From the NCBI GenBank assembly GCA_000004985.1, contig GG738910.1: a DNA stretch of 64,000 bases; one strand, 5' to 3'. Under the pieces are notes generated by a model. The model saw only the letters and a program-made list of their open reading frames with translations. It was not told the DNA's origin and did no database searches. Positions 21,988 to 32,461 of this stretch are shown piece after piece. Position numbers and translations under genes: made by a program. Each line of letters starts with the position of its first letter. Position 1 is the first letter of the stretch. Source of the stretch: Naegleria gruberi. Taxonomy: Eukaryota.

Positions 21988-23649
21988 ATGGCGAGACTTT
22001 CATGTATTAAAGGTTTATTTAAAATATATATTGCTGTCTTTGCTATTGTTTTATTAATTCTAGTGATTATCAACATTCAACGACATGAATCTGTTTTCAA
22101 GAAATCATCAACCTTTGAATCTATTCGAAACAAAATTTCGAATATAAATTCGGATGTATTAACAGATGAAAAAACAAACGAACAACAAAAAGATCAAGTA
22201 CAAACAATAACTAAACCATCATCAAATTTAAATACAAATATTGCTAATCAACAATTGCAAAACAAACAATCAGAAACTACAACACCTCTGATTTGTCTAA
22301 ATTCCGACTCGAATAGATTGAAAACTAAACAAGAAGAATTATGTGATTCGGAATATGGATGTGGAATGCTTCGTCAATGGAAACAAAATCAATTATTAAT
22401 GTGTGAACGAAAGGAATCCCATCAAAAAACACAATTGACTTGTTATGAACATAATAATTATCACTTGCCAACTGCCACCTTTCCACACACAATTTGTGAT
22501 TCTGAAAATCTAGTCATGGATTTCTCAAAATTAGTAAGAGCACCATGTTTGAAATATAGACCTGGATATTTTTGTAAAAAGGAAACTTATTACAATTACA
22601 AATCTGGAGCATTGATTGGAAATTGTCATAGAACGAATGAATTTTCAAATTTGAATCATTTTGCAAATGATTTTGGAAAGGATATCTTTTCCAGTTTTAT
22701 AACATTTGAAGAAAAACAAGTTGATTTGCAAAATGTGAAATTTTTTGATGGAATTACTATTTTCGTATCGAGAGAACAAGATGAACATGTCAATATGTTT
22801 CATGCAATGAGTGATTTCTTTGCCACACATGTTGTCATTGAAATGTTTAAACTGAACAGTTCAAATATTCAAATAGTCATTTTGGATGAGCATTTTGATG
22901 GACCTTTTGATTTCTTGTGGGATAAGGCACTTTCCTTCAAGAGACCAATGAAAAAGGCCTCTTCCTTTTCAAATGGAATGGTAAGATTTGAGAGGGCAAT
23001 CTTTCAACATGCTGGCTATGCTACACATTTCCTCTCAAATTTGATGAATTTTAATGAGAATGATGCTACTATGTGTCACTCAAAAATTCCACTCGTTGCC
23101 AATTTTGCCAATAGAATTTTGAATGGTTTGGGTATCAAGAAGAGAGAAATCAATAAGGGTGATGTGATTCGTGTCTTGTTCATCAGTCGAAGACCTTATG
23201 TGAAATTTGGAGTCGAGCACAATTTCATGTCTCGTCAAATTAGCAATGAAGAAGAGGTGTTGGATCGAATGAAGACTCACAGAGAATATGGCAAGAAATT
23301 CACAGTGGAAAGAGTTGATTTTGCACATTTGAAATTAGTTGAACAAATTCAAAAAGTTCACGATTCAGATTTCTTAATTGGATATCATGGAGCTGGATTG
23401 ACTCACTCATTGTGGATGCCTGAGGAAACCTCTGCAGTTCTTGAAATTTGGAATACAGTAACAACAAGAGGATGGAGATGCTTTGAACAATTCACATTTT
23501 GGAAGGGAAACGACTATACATTGTGGAGTAATTCAAATCCAAAGAATTTGAGAAAGGACAGTTTGGGAGATTACTTGACTGTGGATGTTGCGGACTTTTA
23601 CAAAACATTTGATAGAATGGTTAACAAGTTGATTGACTCTAGGAATTAG
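21988..23649 (+). CDS. GT61 family (DUF563) glycosyltransferase, EOGT-like (553 aa), type II membrane topology
   Basis: N-terminal signal anchor (IYIAVFAIVLLILVIINI), a stem region, then a catalytic domain ending with the diagnostic motif ...DSDFLIGYHGAGLTHSLWMPEETSAVLEIW.... This matches the GT61/EOGT [I/V]G-HGAGLTN ... EI motif. Confidence 0.7.
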   Translation: MARLSCIKGLFKIYIAVFAIVLLILVIINIQRHESVFKKSSTFESIRNKISNINSDVLTDEKTNEQQKDQVQTITKPSSNLNTNIANQQLQNKQSETTTPLICLNSDSNRLKTKQEELCDSEYGCGMLRQWKQNQLLMCERKESHQKTQLTCYEHNNYHLPTATFPHTICDSENLVMDFSKLVRAPCLKYRPGYFCKKETYYNYKSGALIGNCHRTNEFSNLNHFANDFGKDIFSSFITFEEKQVDLQNVKFFDGITIFVSREQDEHVNMFHAMSDFFATHVVIEMFKLNSSNIQIVILDEHFDGPFDFLWDKALSFKRPMKKASSFSNGMVRFERAIFQHAGYATHFLSNLMNFNENDATMCHSKIPLVANFANRILNGLGIKKREINKGDVIRVLFISRRPYVKFGVEHNFMSRQISNEEEVLDRMKTHREYGKKFTVERVDFAHLKLVEQIQKVHDSDFLIGYHGAGLTHSLWMPEETSAVLEIWNTVTTRGWRCFEQFTFWKGNDYTLWSNSNPKNLRKDSLGDYLTVDVADFYKTFDRMVNKLIDSRN

Positions 23650-23726
23650 AAAAATAAGATGATTTAATAGTAAATTAAGGATTTTATTTAATTGATGTAC
23701 AAAAGGAGACGAAATTAATTTAAGTT

Positions 23727-24425
23727 TCAAATTTTCACCTTTTTTAAAGTTTCGACTGGTGAATGATTTGGAATAACTTTTCTCTTCTTTGAATTGGAAC
23801 AATTTGAGTGGACGTATAATTGCAGAGAAGGTGAAAACTCTGCCTCACTCAAAACCCAATTCATTCTCTGAGAATCGTATGATTTATCCAAATCTTCTTC
23901 ACAGATTGGACACACTGACTGATCTGTATTGGCAATGATTGTTTTGAGAGAGGAGTTTTTGTTTTGAGAGAGTTCAGCAACACTTTCCTTCCTTTGAACC
24001 TTGAAGAAATCAAAAGCAGAAACGACACTCTGTTTATTATTCGAATCTTGTTTTAAAACTGATGAATCAGTTTGATTGAACAACAAGAAACTTGGACTTT
24101 GAACAGGAACAACATTTCCCTGCAGCCAATCGTCTTCACTGCCAAACCAACTTCTCGATTGAATGATTTTAATTGGCTTTTGAATGTTTCGTTTCTTTCT
24201 GTGTCCGTTATTTACATTATTGTTTGATTTTCTATTGTTATTCTTGGAAGACGAGTACATTGCCTGTCTATTATTCGAAGGTGTATTGTTATTCGACACA
24301 ATGGAAGAGGGAGCAATGGGAAAGGAATTTTTGTTTGATGACTTGTTGGTTAATTGCTTGAGAATGTAATTTAGAAATTGCGGAGTAGTAGCAGGTTGAT
24401 TGTTAGAATGGCTTGGTTTCATCAT
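23727..24425 (-). CDS. N/S-rich low-complexity protein, uncharacterised (232 aa)
   Basis: ORF with polar low-complexity tracts (SNNNTPSNNRQAMYSSSKNNNRKSNNNVNNGHRKKRN) and a C-terminal ...VCPICEEDLDKSYDSQ... Cys-pair segment. No confident domain. Confidence 0.3.
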   Translation of the reverse strand: MMKPSHSNNQPATTPQFLNYILKQLTNKSSNKNSFPIAPSSIVSNNNTPSNNRQAMYSSSKNNNRKSNNNVNNGHRKKRNIQKPIKIIQSRSWFGSEDDWLQGNVVPVQSPSFLLFNQTDSSVLKQDSNNKQSVVSAFDFFKVQRKESVAELSQNKNSSLKTIIANTDQSVCPICEEDLDKSYDSQRMNWVLSEAEFSPSLQLYVHSNCSNSKKRKVIPNHSPVETLKKVKI

Positions 24426-25096
24426 TTTAGATTAAATGTTGGCGATAGTGTAGTATTATTATGTTGTTGGAAAAAAACGTTATTTATTAGATAAATCCAC
24501 AGTAGTGATATGTTGTGGTATTTTTTTTGAAATTATTAATAGATTAAATCCGTTACAGGAAACTTTTACAATTTTTTTCAATTATCCTTAAAATATCTTG
24601 CACCAAGATCATGAATGGATTGAAGATTTTCATTTGTGTCTTTTAAATATTTGGTACAAAGAAACAGGATACTATATTCTTGCCTTTTTAAAACCTTGAT
24701 GTAGTTTAAACCCAAAATCATTGTGGAATTATGTGCAGGATTACATAAGATAGATCCTCATCTCTCAAAGACGATTCTTCAATTTATGAAAGTTCATATT
24801 CCTTTTGTCCATTTTCTGGTCATTCTCTCTTGTCCAGTATTCAACAATATAATACATTCAAGAGAGATGGTATTGAAAGTTGTAGAACGATCTTCCTTAA
24901 AAGCCAATACCACAATCCTTAATTGGTGAGCACTCTCGCAATAAGTAAATGATTCTCTGAGGAAGAATATTAATTAATTTGGCCCTATAACCCCACAACT
25001 GGAATCGGCCCTTTGCTTTCCACAACGACCCTGTTATAACATCTCCAAAAAAAGATCTCGATTGTTGCTGCTCATTCTTTCACATTCCTATGTAAA

Positions 25097-25930
25097 ATGG
25101 GCTCAAATACATCAACAACTATTATTGAACAACAACAAGCAGGTGAGGAAGAAAGATCTTTGACCAAGTCAAGATCTATGAGGCAGCCCTCCCTTAAGAG
25201 ATCATCAAGTAATACAGCTTCCGATGATGAGAAGAGTCCAATAGAAGAAATTTTGATGGAAAACCAACCATCAATTATTGGATTTGTTGGAAATTTGATG
25301 GGAATTAAGCAATCACATCATCATAAAGCCATTCGAGTTGTGGATATGGAACAAGCACACAAAATTTCTGAATCTTCGATATTATCATCACCCTTAAAGA
25401 GTGGTAATACAAATGGTGGTGAAGAAGCTTTCCAACCAATCTATTCATCAAAAACTGCCTTTACAAGACCTAGAGCCAAATCATTTGGTCCTTCATTGAA
25501 GAATAGTCTCTCATCAAATAATTCAGTGAATTCTTCAATTTCCAATAGTATCCTTACCAGAAATCAGGTGCATCTCAATTCTTCATACGACGGCTGGAAT
25601 AGAGATGCTATCTGTTGGGAGGAATTTAAGAGAAAAAGTATAGAACGTGAAAATAAGAGAAAGAAGGTTAAGGATGTATCAGCATCATGGTCACCTTCAC
25701 CTTCCAGTCAATCACCAAATGGAAAACAACCACAAGCAACAAATAACGTGTCAATAAGTGTGAGCTTATCAACTCAATCTTCACCACGAGGCAAAGGTAA
25801 CAACAGAAGATATGGAATTATACTTGCACCAATCACAAACCGTGTTGGTATGGAAGTTGAACGAACAGGAATAGGAAACTTTTTGAAGAACCTTGAACAA
25901 CCCTCACTGTTATCCCAATCAATCAAATAG
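25097..25930 (+). CDS. Ser-rich low-complexity protein with MGxxxS N-terminus (277 aa)
   Basis: ATG at 25097 (MGSNTSTTII...). S/N-rich throughout. No domains recognised. Confidence 0.3.
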   Translation: MGSNTSTTIIEQQQAGEEERSLTKSRSMRQPSLKRSSSNTASDDEKSPIEEILMENQPSIIGFVGNLMGIKQSHHHKAIRVVDMEQAHKISESSILSSPLKSGNTNGGEEAFQPIYSSKTAFTRPRAKSFGPSLKNSLSSNNSVNSSISNSILTRNQVHLNSSYDGWNRDAICWEEFKRKSIERENKRKKVKDVSASWSPSPSSQSPNGKQPQATNNVSISVSLSTQSSPRGKGNNRRYGIILAPITNRVGMEVERTGIGNFLKNLEQPSLLSQSIK

Positions 25931-26204
25931 AATAGAATCTCTTTGAATTGGAGAGGAAATGATAGTAGAGCTCGCAAATTGTGATGCGAATCATATAGAC
26001 TAAAAAAGAACTAATAAGCACTGAGGAAAATCTCTTCCTTAATATGGACCTTATGAAGTTTTAGGACAAAACCAAAGGCCAAAGATAATACACTGATAAA
26101 TTAGATATGTTTGTGCTTGATACTAATTTTACAGGTCCCTTATCTGTGAGATGTGAATCAAACTAGGCAAACTCAAAACATGTTTATTTACAGGCAGTTT
26201 ATTT

Positions 26205-28319
26205 TTAAACACTTGAGGAGGTTGAAGGAGAACTCACTTTCAATTGATCTTGTAATTTGGCTTGTAACTTTTTCCTGTTTTCAGCATTCTTTCTTTTGGA
26301 TCTTAGTAACAGGACTGTTGTAAAGATTACAATAATCAAAATAATTAAAAGAATGACCACCACACCAACAACACCCACAGTGATACCAATTGTTACTGCT
26401 GACTGATCAGAAGAGGTATATGTTGAGGTTTGTACCTTATTTTCACTCAGTGTCTTCTTAACAGACATGTCAATGACTCCAAATGAAGTAAGGTGACTCG
26501 TTTCACATTTGACTGATATTACAACTTGGAAATTGGTGTTATCTATTGTCTTGTTCAAGAAGGAGAGAATAGTAGTTTTCAACCCTGAAGATTCCCAAGT
26601 GTTTTTCAAAGTATTGTAATAGGCACAGGAATAATTCAAGTGCTCAGATTTACCAATTGAAACATTGAAGAAAGCTAATGAAATTGGATCTTGTAAACCC
26701 TTGATTGCAATTTCTTGAGCCGATTGTCTGTCATAGAGTGAAATGGACATAACTGTACTCTTCAATTTGTCACTATTCGAAAATAAAACTGGAGCAGAAT
26801 TAGTGCTTGGATCGTAAATGGACGAAACTAACACAATCTCGCTTACATTATTAATTTGATCACTCATTGTCGCTGGAAATTCAAAACTAGTCTTGAAACC
26901 GTCAAAGGAAACTGATTTGGAATCAAGTTCTGTAACATCCTTCACAACTGTCAACTTTTCAACATAACCGTTTACCAAAGAAGTGTTCAAACATGTAGAA
27001 TTTGCAGCCACAATCTTTCCATAACAATACTTGTATTCACAATATTGTCCAAAGTAATTTTCTTGGCATTCAACAACAGGTTCTTCCTCATTCATCCAAT
27101 AATCTCCAATGTCAGTTTCTCTCCAGTCTGGTATTGTGAGATTAAGTGGTTTTGTGACGCATAATGTACCATTAGAATTAATGGAATAATTTGTTGAATT
27201 ACACGAATATTCCATCATTAGAATTCTTTGATTATTGGTATCGGTTACTGTTATGGCCATAGAGGAAACTCCTGGTTTAGACAGAATGTTGATAGACACA
27301 CTTTCAGGACCTGACATGATTGTAGTTCCAGATACGGTTTGAATAATACCAGTACGCAAATCAATTCTTCTCAATCTGTGATTCCAACTGTCGGCAATGT
27401 ACAAATCATTTTGTAATCCCAAGAATAAATCTCGAGGACTGTTAATCATGGCAGAAGTTGCTGCCGAACCGTCACCTGCAATACCTCCATTTCCTGTTCC
27501 ACATATGGTTGAGATTATTCCAGTGGCAGCTGTTATTTTTCTGATTCTGTTGTTTTGAGTATCAGCAATATAAATGTCACCATTAGACATGATAGCAACA
27601 GCTTGAGGACCATTCAACTTGGCAGATGTTGACAATACGTTATCTGTAAATCCTGATGAACCTGCTGTTCCAGCAATTGTTGTAATAATACCAGTAAATA
27701 TATCAAGTTTTCTGACAATATGGTTAAGAGTGTCTGAAATGTACAAATATTTCTGTGTTGTGGTATCGAATGTAACTCCTCTTGGACCATTAAGCATGGC
27801 TTGAGTAGCTATTTTACCATCGCCTGAAAACCCAGCTGTCAAGTTGCCAGCAACAATAACGAGCTGACCTGTCATTAAATTTAACTTTCGAATAATATTA
27901 TTACCACTCTCAGCAATGTATAACGCATTCTCTGTAGTACTCATGGTAATCTGTCTAGGTTCATTGAGTTTCGAATATCTTGCTTTGAACTTTCCACCAA
28001 CGAGTGGTGATTCAGCAAAACCTTTCTCACCAGTTCCACATAAAGTCAGTAAACTGCCATTCGAATGAATAAACTTCAATTGATGATTGCCAGTATCAGC
28101 AATCAACACTCTTGAATAATTAGAAACCCTTACTCCAGCTGGCCAAACTAGAGCATAGTTATTGCCAGCATCAGCAATAGTTTTATAACTTGTGGCCGTT
28201 GGCGTTAATTGACCATTGACATGTTGTTGATCTAGCTGTGTCAGTTGACTAAAGAGCAGAGTTGTTATGATCGTTATTATTAAATGTAGAATAGTCATAG
28301 ATGAAACTGTTTGCTGCAT
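26205..28319 (-). CDS. Cluster member 1: NHL-repeat beta-propeller / single EGF-like / GPS-motif / single-pass TM surface protein (704 aa)
   Basis: Signal peptide (MTILHLIITIITTLLFSQL). Six or more NHL blades (e.g. ...YIADSGNNIIRKLNLMTGQLVIVAG..., ...YISDTLNHIVRKLDIFTGIITTIAG..., ...YIADTQNNRIRKITAATGIISTICG...). One EGF-like Cys knot. Juxtamembrane ...YSCAYYNTLKNTWES...VKCETSHLTSFGVIDMS..., a canonical GPS site (C-x-x-x-H-L-T-S-F-G-V). TM is VGVVGVVVILLIILIIVIFTTVLLL, followed by a basic tail. Single exon. Confidence 0.7.
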   Translation of the reverse strand: MQQTVSSMTILHLIITIITTLLFSQLTQLDQQHVNGQLTPTATSYKTIADAGNNYALVWPAGVRVSNYSRVLIADTGNHQLKFIHSNGSLLTLCGTGEKGFAESPLVGGKFKARYSKLNEPRQITMSTTENALYIAESGNNIIRKLNLMTGQLVIVAGNLTAGFSGDGKIATQAMLNGPRGVTFDTTTQKYLYISDTLNHIVRKLDIFTGIITTIAGTAGSSGFTDNVLSTSAKLNGPQAVAIMSNGDIYIADTQNNRIRKITAATGIISTICGTGNGGIAGDGSAATSAMINSPRDLFLGLQNDLYIADSWNHRLRRIDLRTGIIQTVSGTTIMSGPESVSINILSKPGVSSMAITVTDTNNQRILMMEYSCNSTNYSINSNGTLCVTKPLNLTIPDWRETDIGDYWMNEEEPVVECQENYFGQYCEYKYCYGKIVAANSTCLNTSLVNGYVEKLTVVKDVTELDSKSVSFDGFKTSFEFPATMSDQINNVSEIVLVSSIYDPSTNSAPVLFSNSDKLKSTVMSISLYDRQSAQEIAIKGLQDPISLAFFNVSIGKSEHLNYSCAYYNTLKNTWESSGLKTTILSFLNKTIDNTNFQVVISVKCETSHLTSFGVIDMSVKKTLSENKVQTSTYTSSDQSAVTIGITVGVVGVVVILLIILIIVIFTTVLLLRSKRKNAENRKKLQAKLQDQLKVSSPSTSSSV

Positions 28320-29585
28320 GTTGTACAGATGTGTGTTGTTTCTTTTTAGTTTTTGGGAATAAATCTTGTGCTGATTTAACCACCATTGGATTTACCATTG
28401 TTTCGTAAAAGGAATACACAAGCAATAGATTTTTCTGTTATCCAATAGTTCAGGAACTCTGTTTCTTAATCGGATAACATTCGGTTAAAAGACCAAATCG
28501 ACAAGGACATGATGGGTACTAGAATAAAATTCTTTCATTGGCCAAGTGTGCCTCTAAAAAACCAAGTAGCCTTTCAAATGTATAACCTCACCTTGATTAA
28601 GATTTCGCACGCGGTGGACTCTAGACACAGCAGATGCTTGATGGAGGAGATTTGCCTTCTTATTTGTGTAATTGATTTTTGATGTTGAAATGACGAGATG
28701 GATATTAATACAGATCAAGCATTCCAATTTGGTCCTAAATAATGAATATTATTTGAATGAAGAAATTGATGGTTATGGAATGTTATTTGGCTAAAGGCTT
28801 TTTGATATCATCAGGGTTGTGTACCTGTCTGTATTGCTGAAATTATCCATCGATTGTAAATAAATACTGATGTTGGTGAGGAGAAGGAATTGTGGAGGTT
28901 GTAATACATCTTCTTATTGTTCTCCGAGGAAGAGTTTGATGTTATCAGAACATGAAGGAACAGTTGTTGGGAATTTTTAATTTTTTAATTAAAAAATACA
29001 ACAATTTCCTTCAGATCCTTGTTGTGTAGAGAAGAATGAAGATTTTAGTTGGTGATGAGGAATTTATTAAATAATAATTTTGTGATTTCTAATCTATGAA
29101 TCTGTGAGCATCAAGCTATGATGTAAATGTTGATTTTCTTGGTTACATCATAAGAGCGTGAAAAAGCGAATCGGAACAACATTATAGGATAATCCAATCA
29201 CGTGCATTGGTTGTTAAATGGTTAGAGTAGATATTAGGAAGAACAATTACAACTTGTATGCTAAAGGAACAATTTATCTTTTGCAACTTTGTTCAGGGCA
29301 TTTGTAGGCCTTTATGTGGACTGAAAAAAGACAATTGAGTCAGTTTACAAAACAATCTAAAGCATTAATGACCTGAAATCAAGTCATTAGGCGGAGTTTT
29401 TTTTGACATGTGTACCTTAATCTCCGAATTTTAAGGAAGGAAAGAGGAAGTACCACCAAATTGATCCACAATAGGGTTTGTAAAACAAACTTTTTAACAG
29501 TCTCATTCATTGTGTGGGTTTTTGAAACGATACTTTGACAATCTTTGAAAGGCCTACTTCAAGATGTTTGTGAAAAAAATTGAAA

Positions 29586-32404
29586 ATGCTGAACCGAGTC
29601 TTTCAAACTGGTGTCCTGTTGGTACTCACTCTTACTGTTTTAGTTTTGATTATTGACAATCAACTCTGTGTAAATGCAACATTTAAACCATTGTACAAGA
29701 TGAGTACTGTTGTGGGTGGTGGATTTGATGATGGTCAAGATGCTAAACAAGTTTGCCTTGCTCCAACCAAAGTCAAGTTTGATAGAAAGAGTGAGAATAT
29801 TTATATTTCAGGTGAGTTTTTATTCTAAACATGCTTCAAGATTATATGATTAGATAGAATCAATAATAGAATCAGAAAGTTGGATGTGATGAGTGGAAAG
29901 ATCAGCACTATTGTTGGAAATGAATTTATTGGATTTTCAGGAGATGGTCAAGCAGCAACTCTTGCTCATATCAATAATCCAGGAAAGGTTGAGGTCTCTT
30001 CAAATAATGATATTTACTTTGCTGTAAGTTCTCTTTGTTCTGTTTCTAATACACTCATTTCAAAAAGGACACTAACAATCACAGAATTAGAAAGGTATTT
30101 GCCAATGGAACGATTTTAACCATTGCTGGTTGTGGAGAATTTGGTTTTGATCTGGAAGAGAAATCTCCAGTTCCTGCTCTAGAAGCCAAAATCAATTATC
30201 CTAAAGCAGTTCTTCTCTCTTCTGATGAAAAGATATTGTACATTACAGATACAGCTTCTCACATGATCAAAGCTCTTTCATTCGAAACTGGTTTAGTTTC
30301 CATTATTGCTGGCTCTTTATACCGTGATAGTTCTCAAAACTCAACGATTGTTCAAGGACCAATCAGTTTGGCTTTGAGCCCTCTGACTAGTGAGGTTTAT
30401 TTTGTAGATGATGATGGTATTAAAAAGATTACTAATGAAGGAAAGATCGAAATGATAACAAGAAATTCTAAATTTGGTGGAGATGGAGGTCTAGCAATCA
30501 ATGCTGGAGTTTCAGCTGTTGATATTGAGTTTTTGGGCACTAGTAATACATTGTTAATTGCTGATTACGGCAATAATCGAATTAGAATTATTGGTACCAA
30601 TGGCTTTATTGAAACCTATGCTGGTAATGGTAATGTGACTTCAAGTATTGATGGCGAAAGAGCTTTAGATTCTCCACTGACGGCTTTTGGAGTTTCCACA
30701 TCTAATGAGGGTGAAGTTTATTTTGCTGATTATGCCAGAGTTTCAGTTGTCACCATTAATGGCTTAATCAAACACGTGGCTGGTAATGGGAAATTGCAAT
30801 ATTTGGGAGATGGTAATTTAGCAACCCAAAGTCAATTATTCAAGCCAAGAGGTGTTGCTGTTTCCACAAGTGGAGAGCTATTTATCAGCGATTCTGCTCA
30901 AGATACTATTCGAAAAGTTTCTACTGAAGGTGTAATTAATACCATTGCCGGTGGAACTTTTCCATTGGGAGGTTATATTCAAGATGGTGTTGACCCATTG
31001 AATACATTCCTTAATAATCCAAGCGCTCTAGAATTTTCATCAAGTTCAGGAGAATTGTTTCTTTCAGATTCTCACAATTTTAGAGTGAGAAAGATTTCAA
31101 AGGAAAATATCATTTCTACAATCGCTAACCATACCTCAATCACCAGACCACACGGCATTGCTCTTTATAATGACTTGGTTTATGTGGCTGATTCTCAATC
31201 CAATAGAGTGATACGAGTTGATAAGAATGATGGCTCTGTAACTCTGATAGCAGGAAATGGAACTGCTGGTTATTCAGGAGATGGAAGTTTGGCTACTCAA
31301 GCTCAATTATTCAATGTTTCTGGAGTTACTGTTCTTCCTAATGGTGAAGTTTTGATTGCAGACACCAACAATCATAGAATTCGTAAGGTCAACTTGGAGG
31401 GTATTATTCAAACAATTGCTGGTACAGGAATTCCCGGATTTAATGGTGATAATATCCTCGCCACTAGTGCTCAATTGAATTCTCCAACTGACATCGAAGT
31501 TTCTCCAGTTTCAGGTGAAATTATTATTGTTGATTCGAATAATCATCGTATCAGAAAGATTGATTCCTTTGGTAATATTTCTACAATTGCAGGAACAGGT
31601 ATTGCATCATTGAGCTCACATGGTAAACTTTCCATCTATGGAAGTCTTAACACTCCAACTACGCTTTCAATTTCTGCTTTCAGTGGTCATGTCTACATTG
31701 CAGATTACGAAAATAGAAGAATTAGAAAATTGGAACAATTTACTATTGAAAAATACAATCTTCCAGTTCAAGATGATGGTGAATTGAGAACCGAAACTAT
31801 CCAAGATTCTACAAATCTTAAAACAATTAATTATGATAATATTCAAATTGAACCTCCAAAGGAAAGTTTAAAGAATTCAGAGCTGAGTCTTGCCACTTCA
31901 GTTTACCAAGTCGACAGAAATGGAAAATTAACATCTTTTGAAAAGTCTATTAAGAGTGGAATTGTCACTGTTGCAATTTTGGATTCTGATTGTAATGTTA
32001 TAGAAAATCCATTTACTTCTCCTCTCACAATTACATTCACTGAACTTGATTTCAATTCTACATCAAACTATTCCTGTATTTCGTACAATCAAGAATCCAA
32101 AGAATGGAAGAATGATGGCTCTGTCAATGAAATTTTATCTCTTAATTCAAAATTAACAATTTCATGCAAATTTAGCAAACTTTCATCATTTGCAATAATG
32201 GAATCAAGTGGAGGACCTAGTCCAATAATAACTGCAACCTCTTCAAATACTAATACTTTCAGGGACGCTGGCTTGGGAACTGATGCTATTGTTGCCATTG
32301 TTGTTTCCACTGTTGGTGGTGTAGCTTTGGTTGGAATTATTATGGCTGTAATTGTTGGAATATTGTTTATTATGAAGAGAAAGCAAAATCTTTCCAAAAT
32401 TTGA
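29586..32404 (+). CDS. Cluster member 2: NHL-repeat / GPS-like / single-pass TM surface protein; 3 exons, approx join(29586..29811,29854..30023,30095..32404)
   Basis: ATG at 29586 (track M at 29580 is a non-ATG start). Signal is VLLVLTLTVLVLII. Exon 1 ends ...ENIYISG with a GTGAGT donor. Exon 2 reads DRINNRIRKLDVMSGKISTIVG...SNNDIYFA (textbook NHL blade) and ends at a GTAAGT donor. A 71-nt intron with a 'cactaac' branch motif follows. Exon 3 is in frame with ORF 30236..32404 (many NHL blades). Juxtamembrane ...CISYNQESKEWKNDGS...LTISCKFSKLSSFAIMES (GPS-like), then TM AIVAIVVSTVGGVALVGIIMAVIVGILFIM. Confidence 0.65.
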
Positions 32405-32461
32405 AATATTTAATTAAAATTTTCCTTTAGTGTGTTTGTCTAATTGTTTTTTGAATTCAAT

